DNA of 64,000 nt from Candidatus Gottesmanbacteria bacterium RIFCSPHIGHO2_02_FULL_39_11 (GTDB taxonomy: Bacteria > Patescibacteriota > Microgenomatia > 2-02-FULL-39-11), in the NCBI GenBank assembly GCA_001779195.1, contig MFJL01000026.1, positions 3,226-67,225 on the forward strand. The letters run 5' to 3'. Made by a program: the position numbers and the translations under genes. Positions 46,681 to 56,086 of this stretch are shown here, in pieces (the first letter of the stretch is position 1; every line of letters starts with the position of its first letter). The notes under the pieces are model-generated. The model saw only the letters and a program-made list of their open reading frames with translations, was not told the DNA's origin and searched no databases.

Positions 46681-47181
46681 TTACTTCATCATGGCCAAAA
46701 GCGTATTTGACCACCCTTCTTTTAAGATGCTGGCATGTTTGACTGCTTCTTTTTCTTCAGAAGATAACTCATGATCCACACTTTTTCCATCCATTACCCT
46801 TTTTATATACCACCTGGTATTGCCTCTATTATGAAGAGAGGTAATGACCAGTCCGCTGTTGTATCCATCCAGAAGTGCAATGATAAAACTCTGTTCTCCT
46901 CCTGTATTTGCAAAAGGATTAAACCGGACTAAGCCCATTTTCTGAATATGATATTTCGTATCTTTTTTGAGAGTGTCTACTTCTTTTTCAAAATAGTCCT
47001 GCCGGGTTGAATGTTCATTTACGTGCCCTAAAATCTCAGTTAAAATTTCCTGCAGATTTTTTTTATTATTTCCCCCCGTAAGCGTCCTGTAATGACTCAT
47101 CATTTTATACAAATTCAGAGTCAGTACTGACATCCATCCCACGATTAACCCGATTAATACAAAAAGAATTACACTTTCCAT
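46681..47181 (-). CDS. DUF4446 family protein
   Basis: IQKMGLVRFNPF..TGGEQSF.IALLD, G.VITSL, LS.EE; start ATG 47181. Confidence 0.85.
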   Translation of the reverse strand: MESVILFVLIGLIVGWMSVLTLNLYKMMSHYRTLTGGNNKKNLQEILTEILGHVNEHSTRQDYFEKEVDTLKKDTKYHIQKMGLVRFNPFANTGGEQSFIIALLDGYNSGLVITSLHNRGNTRWYIKRVMDGKSVDHELSSEEKEAVKHASILKEGWSNTLLAMMK

Positions 47182-47256
47182 AAATGAGTACACTATGTAT
47201 TCGAGATTGTAAATTACTTTACAAGGTTCTGTCAATATGATAGGCTCAAATCTGCT

Positions 47257-47523
47257 ATGCCGCAAAAAACCAGAAAAGAAAAAATCCTCGCAGAAAAAAG
47301 GAGACAGAAGCAACTTTTAATTTCTCCTGCCGTGCCTGCTTATTCTTTAGACATAAAACCTGCTCCCAAAACTTCTTCAGAAGCGCAAAGTGTACAAAAC
47401 ACAGAAAAAGTAAATATACTGACAGGACACGCTGACCTCAAGTCTGACCTTTTAAAAATTTCACTTTTTACCGTAGGGGCTGTTGCTTTTCAACTTATTT
47501 TATTCTTCTTTGTTATCAAATAA
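47257..47523 (+). CDS. Small protein with basic N-terminus and C-terminal TM
   Basis: KTRKEK..A..RR; DL.K followed by TM. Confidence 0.7.
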   Translation: MPQKTRKEKILAEKRRQKQLLISPAVPAYSLDIKPAPKTSSEAQSVQNTEKVNILTGHADLKSDLLKISLFTVGAVAFQLILFFFVIK

Positions 47524-47524
47524 C

Positions 47525-47630
47525 ACGACTTACTATGTAAGTCGTCATCCTGAACTTGATTCAGCCTGCCTGCCGGCAGGCAGGGATCCAGAAATTAACT
47601 AACTGGATTCCGGGTCAAGCCCGGAATGAC
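47525..47630. repeat. GTCAT...ATGAC element carrying a CCTGCCTGCCGGCAGGCAGG insert
   Basis: Perfect 20-bp palindrome at 47565-47584 inside the left arm; ACGACTTAC-TAT-GTAAGTCGT hairpin abuts on the left. Confidence 0.85.
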
Positions 47631-47635
47631 AACAT

Positions 47636-47776
47636 ATGCCCTTCATTTTCTGTGTCCGGTGTCAGACAAAGCGGGATGATCCTAATGCACAAAAAGTTAT
47701 AATGAAAAATAAGCGTCCGGCTCTTAAAGGAAAATGCCCGGTCTGCGGGGCAACCTTGTTTCAGTTGGGAGGATAA
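47636..47776 (+). CDS. 46-aa zinc-ribbon protein (DUF5679-like; not in ORF track)
   Basis: FCVRC...MKNKRPALKGKCPVCGATLF. Confidence 0.8.
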   Translation: MPFIFCVRCQTKRDDPNAQKVIMKNKRPALKGKCPVCGATLFQLGG

Positions 47777-47843
47777 CCAAGATATTGAAGAAAAGAATTC
47801 AATAATATATTTAATCCTAATTCAGCTAATATAATTTTTTGAA

Positions 47844-48728
47844 ATGCTTGAAAATAAAATAGCAATAATAACCGGTGCAGCAAGCGGAATTGGCCAAGAA
47901 GCAATAAGACGCTTTATTCAAAATCCAAATTATCAAGTATATGCTGTAGATAAAAACCCGCTAGTCTGTCAACTGTACGACAGAAGTTCTTCTGTTAAAC
48001 CAACTCTGTTAGATGTTAGAGAACGTGATGCAGTATCTCAATTCGTTCAACAAGTGCTGGAAAGAAACAGCAGTGTAGAGGTGCTTGTAAACGGAGCGGG
48101 AATTTTGAATGTTGGCAGAGTGGAAACATATTATGATATAGATGGAAAACCAAATTCAAAATATCAAGATCTCTTAGAAACGAATTATACGGCCCCTTTA
48201 AGATTAATGAGATTAATCTTACCTGTTATGAGGCAACAAGGTTCAGGGGTTATAGTAAATATTACCTCAACAAAAGAATATGTACAGGATCCCTATCATG
48301 TTCCTTATGCTGATTTAAAAGCAAAATTAACAAAAGTCACAAGAAGGATTTCACAGGTAGAAAGAGAAAATGGTATTAGAGTTGTTGCTTTGCAACCGGG
48401 AAATACGAAAACAAATATCGATCCGGGACTATGGACTCCGGGAAGTGATGAAGAAGAGTCATATCAAATACAAACATTAAATGACTGGTGGAGAAAAGTC
48501 TTTGGAAACAATCCCCGAAATGTCGCAGAAGTAATTTACCAAATTGCAGAAGGAGATATAACAGATGAACGGGTTTTGGTGGGAATGGATGCAAAACTTG
48601 CGGCAATTTTGCATGATCATCTACCCTATTGGGATAAAATATTTGCACTAGGTTATAAATCTGCAATGATTCTAACCAGAGTAAGTCTTGCAATTCAAAA
48701 TAAAAGGAATGAGCAAATTAATAAATAG
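47844..48728 (+). CDS. Short-chain dehydrogenase/reductase
   Basis: ITGAASGIG, LVNGAG, YADLK, LQPG..KT. Confidence 0.88.
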   Translation: MLENKIAIITGAASGIGQEAIRRFIQNPNYQVYAVDKNPLVCQLYDRSSSVKPTLLDVRERDAVSQFVQQVLERNSSVEVLVNGAGILNVGRVETYYDIDGKPNSKYQDLLETNYTAPLRLMRLILPVMRQQGSGVIVNITSTKEYVQDPYHVPYADLKAKLTKVTRRISQVERENGIRVVALQPGNTKTNIDPGLWTPGSDEEESYQIQTLNDWWRKVFGNNPRNVAEVIYQIAEGDITDERVLVGMDAKLAAILHDHLPYWDKIFALGYKSAMILTRVSLAIQNKRNEQINK

Positions 48729-48736
48729 GGTGAGAA

Positions 48737-49531
48737 TTAAAAGTGATAAAACGATATTCTTGCTTTCTTCTCTAATTTTAATAGTCCCTTCGTAACTAAT
48801 TCTGTTAAATAGTCGGTTGCGGCACTTTGGCTCACGTGAAGAAAAGTCCGAACCTCTTTATTGGTGACTTTTCCTTTTACTTTGACATAGTCAACAATCT
48901 TATTCATGCGAATCATCCTTCGCCGGGCACGTTCCTGGTTTGCATGGTTTAATTTTTCAAAAGCATTTCTCTTGATCCCTTCTTTCACTTGATCTTCAAT
49001 AGCATGCTTGTCAGATGAACCTATCTGATCGGCCGGATTCGTCTGCGGCAATCGGCCAGGTTCGTCTATAGTATCGGCCACATTGGTAGAAGACTCTACG
49101 GGATGATCGGCCGGATTGGTACTCTCCTCCCGGCCACTTTCGCTCACCGGATCGGCCATTTTGGTGGAATCTGGCCGATCGGCATTTGTGGAAGGATCAG
49201 AAGGCTGATCGGCCGGAATGGAATCAGATTTTGGGCCGGGTTCAACGGATTGGTTGGGAACAGGAGAAGCAGGAAGAGGTCGAATCTCGACAGGCTTTGA
49301 AGGTTCAACTTGAATAGGAGGAGGACTAACGGGAACCGGAGAAGCACTCGACGGAGACTCAACTGGAGAAGACGGAATGGAAGGTTCCTGCGGAAGGTTT
49401 TGAACAGGAGGGTTGGGTTGAGTAGGTAGGAACTCAGGAATAGAAACTTTCACGTCTTTAAGTTTATTAAGGATGTCGCCAAAAGACGTGCGTGAATTTC
49501 CCAAAGGAGGAACTGTAGCATCATCTGCCAT
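48737..49531 (-). CDS. Pro/Ser-rich disordered protein with C-terminal wHTH
   Basis: Low-complexity N-terminus; VTNKEV...LHVSQSAATDYLTELV..G. Confidence 0.7.
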   Translation of the reverse strand: MADDATVPPLGNSRTSFGDILNKLKDVKVSIPEFLPTQPNPPVQNLPQEPSIPSSPVESPSSASPVPVSPPPIQVEPSKPVEIRPLPASPVPNQSVEPGPKSDSIPADQPSDPSTNADRPDSTKMADPVSESGREESTNPADHPVESSTNVADTIDEPGRLPQTNPADQIGSSDKHAIEDQVKEGIKRNAFEKLNHANQERARRRMIRMNKIVDYVKVKGKVTNKEVRTFLHVSQSAATDYLTELVTKGLLKLEKKARISFYHF

Positions 49532-49632
49532 ACAAAGTCAGTATAGCATTCCAATCATTATACTGCTTTGATCAGGTAATTCGATAAAAAAAATTTGACA
49601 AAAGCCGCAAAAGAAGATATATTTTCTATAGT

Positions 49633-49689
49633 GTGATTACAAATTCTCTTTCAAACCTTTTAAATCTCCTCCTTCTTGGAGGCATTTAA
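49633..49689 (+). CDS. leu operon leader peptide, 18 aa (not in ORF track)
   Basis: GTG start, MITNSLSNLLNLLLLGGI, 7 Leu; promoter TTGACA(49595)-N17-TATATT. Confidence 0.8.
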   Translation: MITNSLSNLLNLLLLGGI

Positions 49690-49720
49690 TGGGGTTTGAG
49701 AGAGCCAAAGTTTTAGAATA

Positions 49721-49745
49721 AGTCTCTCGAAAGAGAGATTTTTTT
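49721..49745 (+). terminator. leu attenuator terminator
   Basis: AGTCTCTC-GAAA-GAGAGATT followed by T-run; competing GAGAGAG at 49698-49704. Confidence 0.8.
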
Positions 49746-49826
49746 ATGCAGCCGTTGCCGATTCTGAGTTTGACGAAGAAGCGGTTTACGGATGCATAAT
49801 CCGCCGAAGCCTTGGCGAAGGCGGAT
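49745..49826. repeat. Palindromes in the leuA 5' UTR
   Basis: TATGCA.CCGT...ACGG.TGCATA and ATCCGCCGAAGCCTTGGCGAAGGCGGAT. Confidence 0.6.
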
Positions 49827-49834
49827 ATTACCTT

Positions 49835-51334
49835 ATGAAACAAAAAATTTACATCTTTGACACCACCCTAAGAGACGGTGAACAAACCCCCGGAGCCAAA
49901 TTAAATACTGCCCAAAAAGTAATTTTGGCAAAACAACTTGAGAAACTGGGAGTGGATATTATTGAGGCCGGGTTCCCTATCTCATCTCCGGGAGACTTCC
50001 AATCGGTTGTTGAGATCGGAAAAGCAGTAAAAGACGTAGTCGTATGCGGACTGACACGGGCTATAAAAGGAGATATCGACCGTGCAGCTGAGGCGCTTAA
50101 ATATTGTAAACATCCCCGGATTCATACCGGTATCGGAGCATCGGATGTTCACATCGAATTTAAATTTAAAAGTACTAGAGAAAAAATACTTGAACAAGGC
50201 ATAGAAGCTGTAAAGTACGCTAAAAAATGTGTAGATGATGTTGAATTTTATGCGGAAGATGCAGGACGGGCTGATAATGGATTTTTAGCCAAAATGGTGT
50301 ATGAAGTTATTAAAGCCGGTGCAACCGTTGTAAATATTCCGGATACTACCGGATATTGTTTTCCTGAGGAATTCGGAGAAAAAATAAAGTATCTTTTTAA
50401 TCACGTGGAAAACATAGACAAGGCAATTATTTCCGTTCACTGCCATAATGATCTGGGTATGGCAACTGCCAATACGCTATCAGGAGTGGCAAATGGAGCA
50501 AGACAAGTAGAGGTTACGATAAACGGCATCGGAGAGAGAGCAGGAAACACATCTCTTGAGGAAGTTGTAATGGCTCTTTATACCAGGAAAGACAAAACGG
50601 ATTACTTTACCGATATTAAAACTGCTGAGATTTCCCCGGCAAGTAAAATGGTATCAAGCATTATGGGAATTCCCATTCAGCCGAATAAAGCAATAGTGGG
50701 AGCCAATGCATTTGCCCATTCCTCAGGAATACATCAGGATGGAGTTTTAAAGAGACGCGAAAACTATGAAATTATTGATCCGAAAACCGTAGGACTGGAT
50801 GCATCCCAAATTATACTTACGGCACGATCAGGACGTGCTGCACTCCGACATAAGTTGGGAGAACTTGGAATTGAATTAAATCAGGATGAATTAAACGGTT
50901 TGTATGAAGATTTTTTAAATCTCGCTGACCGGAAAAAAGAAATTTATGATGAGGATCTCCGTATGTTGGTAGGAGAAAAACAGGAGGGCAAGCCGCAAAA
51001 AATAAAATTGGATTTGATACATGCAATTTCAGGGAATCAAAACCTTCCAACCGCTTCGGTCAAACTTACCATCCTGGACAAAGAATACGAGTCAGCAGCA
51101 ACCGGAGACGGAGGAATTGATGCCGCTTTTAAAGCAATTGATCACTGTGTGAAGAAAAAATACAAGCTTACTGAATTTATGATTACTGCAGTAAGTGTGG
51201 GAACAGACGCGCAAGCCCGGGTAAATGTAGCAATTGAGTATAATAAAGAACTTTTTTGGGGCGTGGGTATTGATACGGATACCGTCGTTGCAGCAGCTAA
51301 ATCTTATATAGATGCGATAAATAAATTTATCTGA
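49835..51334 (+). CDS. leuA: 2-isopropylmalate synthase
   Basis: [34 protein letters not shown]-terminal regulatory domain. Confidence 0.95.
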   Translation: MKQKIYIFDTTLRDGEQTPGAKLNTAQKVILAKQLEKLGVDIIEAGFPISSPGDFQSVVEIGKAVKDVVVCGLTRAIKGDIDRAAEALKYCKHPRIHTGIGASDVHIEFKFKSTREKILEQGIEAVKYAKKCVDDVEFYAEDAGRADNGFLAKMVYEVIKAGATVVNIPDTTGYCFPEEFGEKIKYLFNHVENIDKAIISVHCHNDLGMATANTLSGVANGARQVEVTINGIGERAGNTSLEEVVMALYTRKDKTDYFTDIKTAEISPASKMVSSIMGIPIQPNKAIVGANAFAHSSGIHQDGVLKRRENYEIIDPKTVGLDASQIILTARSGRAALRHKLGELGIELNQDELNGLYEDFLNLADRKKEIYDEDLRMLVGEKQEGKPQKIKLDLIHAISGNQNLPTASVKLTILDKEYESAATGDGGIDAAFKAIDHCVKKKYKLTEFMITAVSVGTDAQARVNVAIEYNKELFWGVGIDTDTVVAAAKSYIDAINKFI

Positions 51335-51336
51335 TT

Positions 51337-52734
51337 ATGCCTAAAACTCTTTTTCAAAAATTATGGGATTCTCATATCGTCAAAAAAATAGATGATGAGA
51401 CTTTCTTAATCTATATCGATACTCATCTGGTGCATGAGGTTACTTCCCCCCAGGCGTTTAACGGACTGAGAAAGCGCGGAATCAAAGTAAGACGGAGGGA
51501 TAAAACTTTTGCAACATGCGATCATAATGTCCCGACATCCGATCAGAAAAACATACGGGATGAATTATCCCGCCTCCAAGTTGAAGCGCTTGAAAAAAAC
51601 TGTAAGGAATTTGAAATCCCCCTGTATGGACTGGATAGTCCCCATCAGGGAATTGTTCATGTAATAGGACCTGAACTTGGAATTACACAGCCGGGTGCAA
51701 CCATAGTCTGCGGAGATTCCCACACGTCCACTCATGGTGCATTTGGGACTTTGGCATTCGGAATTGGAACAACGGAAGTTGAACAGGTTTTAGCAACTCA
51801 GTGTCTGCTCCAATCTCCCTTAAAGACTATGGAAATAAAAATTGATGGAAAATTGGGGAGTGGTGTAACTGCTAAAGATATTATTCTGACCATTATTAGA
51901 AATATCGGAACTAAAGGCGGAAGCGGGTATGCAATTGAATACACGGGAGAAGCAATAAGAAATCTTTCAATGGATGGACGCATGACCATATGCAATATGA
52001 GTATCGAGGCAGGGGCAAAAGCAGGAATGGTTGCTGCGGATCAAAAGACATTTGACTATATAAAAGGAAAAATGTTTGCACCCTATGGAACAAATTGGGA
52101 TAAAGCTTTAGATTATTGGAAAAGTCTTCATACAGATAAAGGGGCTGCATATGATAAATTAATTGTAATTAATGGAAATACAATTGAACCGCTGGTAACA
52201 TATGGAACAGATCCTTCAACAGGAATTAAATTAAGCGAAAAAATTCCAAATTTTTCCGATTTAAAAACTCCTGAGGAAAAAATTACACTTACCAAATCTT
52301 TGGAATACATGCAGATTAAACCCGGAACATCTTTAAATAATTTTCCTATAGATTATGTGTTTATTGGAAGCTGTACGAACTCTAGACTATCCGATCTTCG
52401 TGAAGTTACAAACTTAATAAAAGGAAAAAAAGTAAAATCAGGAGTTTATGCTTTTGTGGTACCGGGATCCCGGCATGTAAAAAAAATGGCTGAGGAAGAG
52501 GGCTTAGACAAAATATTTATAAGTGCCGGATTTGACTGGAGAGGAGCGGGATGCTCAGCCTGTCTGGGGATGAACGAAGATAAAATTCCGGCAGGAAAAT
52601 ACTGTGTTTCGACAAGTAATAGAAATTTTCAAGGCCGCCAGGGCCCGGGAGCCCGCACTTTTTTGGCAAGTCCTCTAACCGCTGCAATTTCAGCAATAGA
52701 AGGAAAAATTGTTGATGTGAGAAATTATTTATAA
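51337..52734 (+). CDS. leuC: 3-isopropylmalate dehydratase large subunit
   Basis: HEVTSPQAF, CGDSHTSTHGA, GSCTNSR, CSACLGMN, STSNRNF. Confidence 0.96.
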   Translation: MPKTLFQKLWDSHIVKKIDDETFLIYIDTHLVHEVTSPQAFNGLRKRGIKVRRRDKTFATCDHNVPTSDQKNIRDELSRLQVEALEKNCKEFEIPLYGLDSPHQGIVHVIGPELGITQPGATIVCGDSHTSTHGAFGTLAFGIGTTEVEQVLATQCLLQSPLKTMEIKIDGKLGSGVTAKDIILTIIRNIGTKGGSGYAIEYTGEAIRNLSMDGRMTICNMSIEAGAKAGMVAADQKTFDYIKGKMFAPYGTNWDKALDYWKSLHTDKGAAYDKLIVINGNTIEPLVTYGTDPSTGIKLSEKIPNFSDLKTPEEKITLTKSLEYMQIKPGTSLNNFPIDYVFIGSCTNSRLSDLREVTNLIKGKKVKSGVYAFVVPGSRHVKKMAEEEGLDKIFISAGFDWRGAGCSACLGMNEDKIPAGKYCVSTSNRNFQGRQGPGARTFLASPLTAAISAIEGKIVDVRNYL

Positions 52735-52740
52735 ACATAC

Positions 52741-52826
52741 TGTCATTCCCACGTTTACCCTGAAAAGTTCGCTTTTTAGGGAAGGCGGGAATCCATCCTG
52801 GATCCCGGATCAAGTCCGGGATGACA
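52741..52826. repeat. GTCAT element with TTTA-hairpin insert (52754-52781)
   Basis: GTCATTCCCACG[TTTACCCTGAAAAGTTCGCTTTTTAGGG]AAGGCGGGAATCCA...TGGATCCCGGATCAAGTCCGGGATGAC. Confidence 0.9.
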
Positions 52827-52836
52827 AATAATATAT

Positions 52837-53424
52837 ATGAAAAAAATTCACAAAATCACTTCTCATACTCTCCCATTAAAACACGAGAACATCGACACAG
52901 ACCAAATTATCCCTGCTAAATTTCTTAAAACCACAGTGCGGGAAGGAATCGGGGAGTTTTTCTTCCATGCATGGCGGGAGGATAAAGATTCCGTTTTTCA
53001 TTCTTCTAAGCATAAAGGGGCCAAAATACTTTTGGCAGGAAAAAACTTCGGAATCGGAAGTTCCCGCGAGCATGCTGTGTGGGCAACACTGGATTACGGA
53101 TTTGATGCCGTTATTTCTTCTTCGTTTGGAGACATTTTTTACAACAACTCGTTAAAAAACGGCCTTATTCCTGTCAAAATCGCACACAGCGAACTTTTGG
53201 AACTGTTTGGATTGGTTGAAAAAGACCACACCACCATTATCGAAGTAAATTTGGAGAGTGAGGAAATTCATCTTCCCAAACACGGAAAAAAATATAAATT
53301 CCCGATTGATCCTTTCCGGAAACAGCTTTTGTTAAATGGAACAGATGAATTAGGGTATCTTTTGACACTCGATAAAGAAATTTCAGAATTTGAAAATAAA
53401 CATAAAGGATTTGTGAATAATTAA
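52837..53424 (+). CDS. leuD: 3-isopropylmalate dehydratase small subunit
   Basis: NIDTDQIIPA, NFGIGSSREHA, FGDIF.NN. Confidence 0.96.
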   Translation: MKKIHKITSHTLPLKHENIDTDQIIPAKFLKTTVREGIGEFFFHAWREDKDSVFHSSKHKGAKILLAGKNFGIGSSREHAVWATLDYGFDAVISSSFGDIFYNNSLKNGLIPVKIAHSELLELFGLVEKDHTTIIEVNLESEEIHLPKHGKKYKFPIDPFRKQLLLNGTDELGYLLTLDKEISEFENKHKGFVNN

Positions 53425-53444
53425 TTATCATCTAAAAAATATTC

Positions 53445-53471
53445 AGATCCTGAAACAAGTTCAGGATGACA
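53445..53471. repeat. Half GTCAT element
   Basis: AGATCCTGAAACAAGTTCAGGATGACA; also seen at 59212-59232. Confidence 0.75.
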
Positions 53472-53477
53472 TAAGAT

Positions 53478-54542
53478 ATGCAAAAAACCATAGCTGTTTT
53501 ACCGGGTGACGGAATCGGTCCTGAAATAATTGAAGAAAGTATTAACATACTAAATGCCGTTGCAAAAAAATTCAATCATATGTTCGAGTATAAATATGGA
53601 TTAATCGGCGCTTCCGCAATTGATAAAACAGGTGATCCGTTTCCAAAAGAGACAGAAGAAATTTGCAGAACTTCCGATGCAATTTTATTTGGGGCAATCG
53701 GGGATCCGAAATATGATAATGACCCGCGGGCAAAAGTAAGACCGGAACAGGGAATTTTACGTCTTAGAAAGTCTTTGGAACTTTTTGCAAACATTAGACC
53801 AGTCAGTATTTACCCGGAACTTTTTGATATTTCTCCTCTGAAAAATGAAAAGCTTAAAAACGTAGATTTTATTATCGTCAGAGAATTGACCGGCGGGATA
53901 TATTTTGGTGAAAAGAAACGATTCAGTAGCAGTAAAAGTGCATCCGATGTCCTAACTTATTCAAAAGATGAAATAAAGAGAATTGCAAAAAAAGCATTTG
54001 ATCTTGCTAAAAAAAGAAAGAAAAAAGTGACATCTGTTGACAAAGCAAACGTTTTGGAAACTTCACGGCTTTGGAGAGAGACGGTAAATGAAATATCACA
54101 GGATTATTCAGGTGTTGAGTTAAATCATCTATTTGTTGACAATACTTCCATGCAGATTATCAAACGTCCCTCTGAATTTGATGTCATTCTGACGGAAAAT
54201 ATGTTCGGAGATATTCTCTCCGATGAGGCATCGGTGCTAGCCGGTTCAATAGGACTTCTTCCTTCCGCATCCATCGGAGAAAAATACGCGCTTTACGAAC
54301 CTATCCATGGAGCGTTTAATAAAGCCGCGGGTAAAAATATAGCAAATCCCGTGGGTACCATTTTATCCGCAGCCATGATGTTGCGGTTAAGTTTTAAGAT
54401 GGAAGAAGAAGCACAAGTAGTTGAAAACGCAGTGAAAGAAACGATTAAGGATGGGAAGAGAACTAAAGATACAGCACCCTCACAAGAAACTTATTTAGGA
54501 ACAAAAGAATTCGGGGAAATAATTAAGAAAAATTGTCTTTGA
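53478..54542 (+). CDS. leuB: 3-isopropylmalate dehydrogenase
   Basis: GDGIGPEI, VRELTGGIYFG, NMFGDILSDE, EPIHG, ANP. Confidence 0.96.
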   Translation: MQKTIAVLPGDGIGPEIIEESINILNAVAKKFNHMFEYKYGLIGASAIDKTGDPFPKETEEICRTSDAILFGAIGDPKYDNDPRAKVRPEQGILRLRKSLELFANIRPVSIYPELFDISPLKNEKLKNVDFIIVRELTGGIYFGEKKRFSSSKSASDVLTYSKDEIKRIAKKAFDLAKKRKKKVTSVDKANVLETSRLWRETVNEISQDYSGVELNHLFVDNTSMQIIKRPSEFDVILTENMFGDILSDEASVLAGSIGLLPSASIGEKYALYEPIHGAFNKAAGKNIANPVGTILSAAMMLRLSFKMEEEAQVVENAVKETIKDGKRTKDTAPSQETYLGTKEFGEIIKKNCL

Positions 54543-54548
54543 TTTTCT

Positions 54549-55502
54549 TTAAATTTTCGTTAGCCAATTTTTATATTTGTTATTTCTCCCTCTCACAATG
54601 TCAAAAAAGAGTTTCTGAAGTTTTCCGGTGACGGGTCCAATTTTACCATCACGTATTTTCCTTCCGTCAACTTCTGAAATCCATGCCACCTGCGCGCCGG
54701 TTCCTGACAGAAAACACTCATCTGAAATATATACCTCACTCCTATCTACTTCCCGTTCCTCAACCGGAATATGAAGATCACGGGCAAGCTGAATAATGGA
54801 ACGCCTGGTAATTCCTTCTAAAATATCTGAATAGTTAGATGGGGTGATAAGCACACCATCCCTTACCATAAAGAAATTTGCGGCAGATCCTTCAGTAATG
54901 TGGCCTTCTGATGTCATCATTAGAGCGTCATCAAATCCCAAGCTTTCAGCGTCTCCTTTTGCCAACGATGAGTTAATATATGCTCCTGTAACTTTTGCCC
55001 GTGCCGGAATCATCACATCTGAAATCCGTATCCAGTTTGAAATCATCAGTTTCAATCCTTTGTGTATCGGCAGGTACTCCCCCAGAGGGATCATGTATAT
55101 CGCAAAATCAAAGACCGCTTCGTGAAGGTTAGGAGATAATCCTAAATTGGATGCATAAGCAAGGGGCCGGAAATAACAATCTGTATCCGGTGCATTTTTC
55201 TTTGCAAGTTCAATGGTAATATCAACCAATTTCTTATGAGAATAAGGAATGGTCTTATTTAAAATATTGAGCGACTTTAAAAACCTTTGATAATGATCCG
55301 CAATTCTGAAAATCGCTACTTCTTTTTTGGGATTTTGGATTTTGGATTTTGGATTTTCTTGTACATACCCCCGTATTCCTCCAAATATTCCCGTCCCGTA
55401 CTGAAGAGCGTTTGTCATAATACTGACCTTTGCTTCACCAATCGGAACTATTTTCCCTTTAAAAAAAACATAGGGAAAAGAGATTTTTGAATTGTTTGTC
55501 AT
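54549..55502 (-). CDS. ilvE: Branched-chain amino acid aminotransferase
   Basis: LQYG..FGGIR, AK..G.Y, EGS..NFF, LEGITR, LSGTGA. Confidence 0.93.
   Translation of the reverse strand: MTNNSKISFPYVFFKGKIVPIGEAKVSIMTNALQYGTGIFGGIRGYVQENPKSKIQNPKKEVAIFRIADHYQRFLKSLNILNKTIPYSHKKLVDITIELAKKNAPDTDCYFRPLAYASNLGLSPNLHEAVFDFAIYMIPLGEYLPIHKGLKLMISNWIRISDVMIPARAKVTGAYINSSLAKGDAESLGFDDALMMTSEGHITEGSAANFFMVRDGVLITPSNYSDILEGITRRSIIQLARDLHIPVEEREVDRSEVYISDECFLSGTGAQVAWISEVDGRKIRDGKIGPVTGKLQKLFFDIVRGRNNKYKNWLTKI
55330..55357. repeat. (GGATTTT)4 heptamer array inside ilvE
   Basis: Four perfect units encoding ENPKSKIQNP. Confidence 0.85.
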
Positions 55503-55512
55503 AAAGTTAATA

Positions 55513-55635
55513 TGTCATCCCCGACCAGATCGGGGATCCACTCATTAATAAATAAGTTTTATTCTAAGATTTTTTAAGGATTGGATTCCCGCCTGCCCTA
55601 AAAAGCGAATTTTCAGGGTAAACGCAGGAATGACA
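55513..55635 (-). repeat. GTCAT element with TTTA-hairpin insert (55596-55622)
   Basis: Reverse complement matches 43394-43494 including spacer AATAAAACTTATTTATTAA.GAGTGGATCCC, plus the insert. Confidence 0.9.
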
Positions 55636-55659
55636 AAATATTAAATATTTGTAATTAAC

Positions 55660-56085
55660 TTAACAGCATTCTCCTCCGCATCCATCACATCCTTCATCCT
55701 TCATCCGTTTAATATACGCAATACATTCAATTTCAATCGGCGATCCTTTCGGAAGAACAGCAACCTGTACCGTTGCACGAGCAGGGAACGGCTTCTCAAA
55801 ATAAGTTTCATAAACTTTATTCATATCAGAGAATTTCGAAAGATCAGTCATATAAACCGTTGTTTTAAGTACCGATTCCATGCCGGAGCCGGCATCTTCT
55901 AAAATCGATTTGATATTTTCCAAAACTTGTTTTGTTTGTTTTGAAATATCACCCTTTACTATTTCTTTTGTTTTAGGGTTTATGGGAATCTGTCCTGAAA
56001 CAAAAACCAGATCTCCTATAACCACCCCTTGGGAATAGGGGCCAATTGCTTGTGGTGCATTGGGTGTAATAATTTCTTGAATCAT
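55660..56085 (-). CDS. ridA: RidA family enamine/imine deaminase with Cys-rich tail
   Basis: APQAIGPYSQ, SGQIP, MN.VY..YF, FPARATV, IEIE; tail CDGCGGECC. Confidence 0.92.
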   Translation of the reverse strand: MIQEIITPNAPQAIGPYSQGVVIGDLVFVSGQIPINPKTKEIVKGDISKQTKQVLENIKSILEDAGSGMESVLKTTVYMTDLSKFSDMNKVYETYFEKPFPARATVQVAVLPKGSPIEIECIAYIKRMKDEGCDGCGGECC

Positions 56086-56086
56086 G

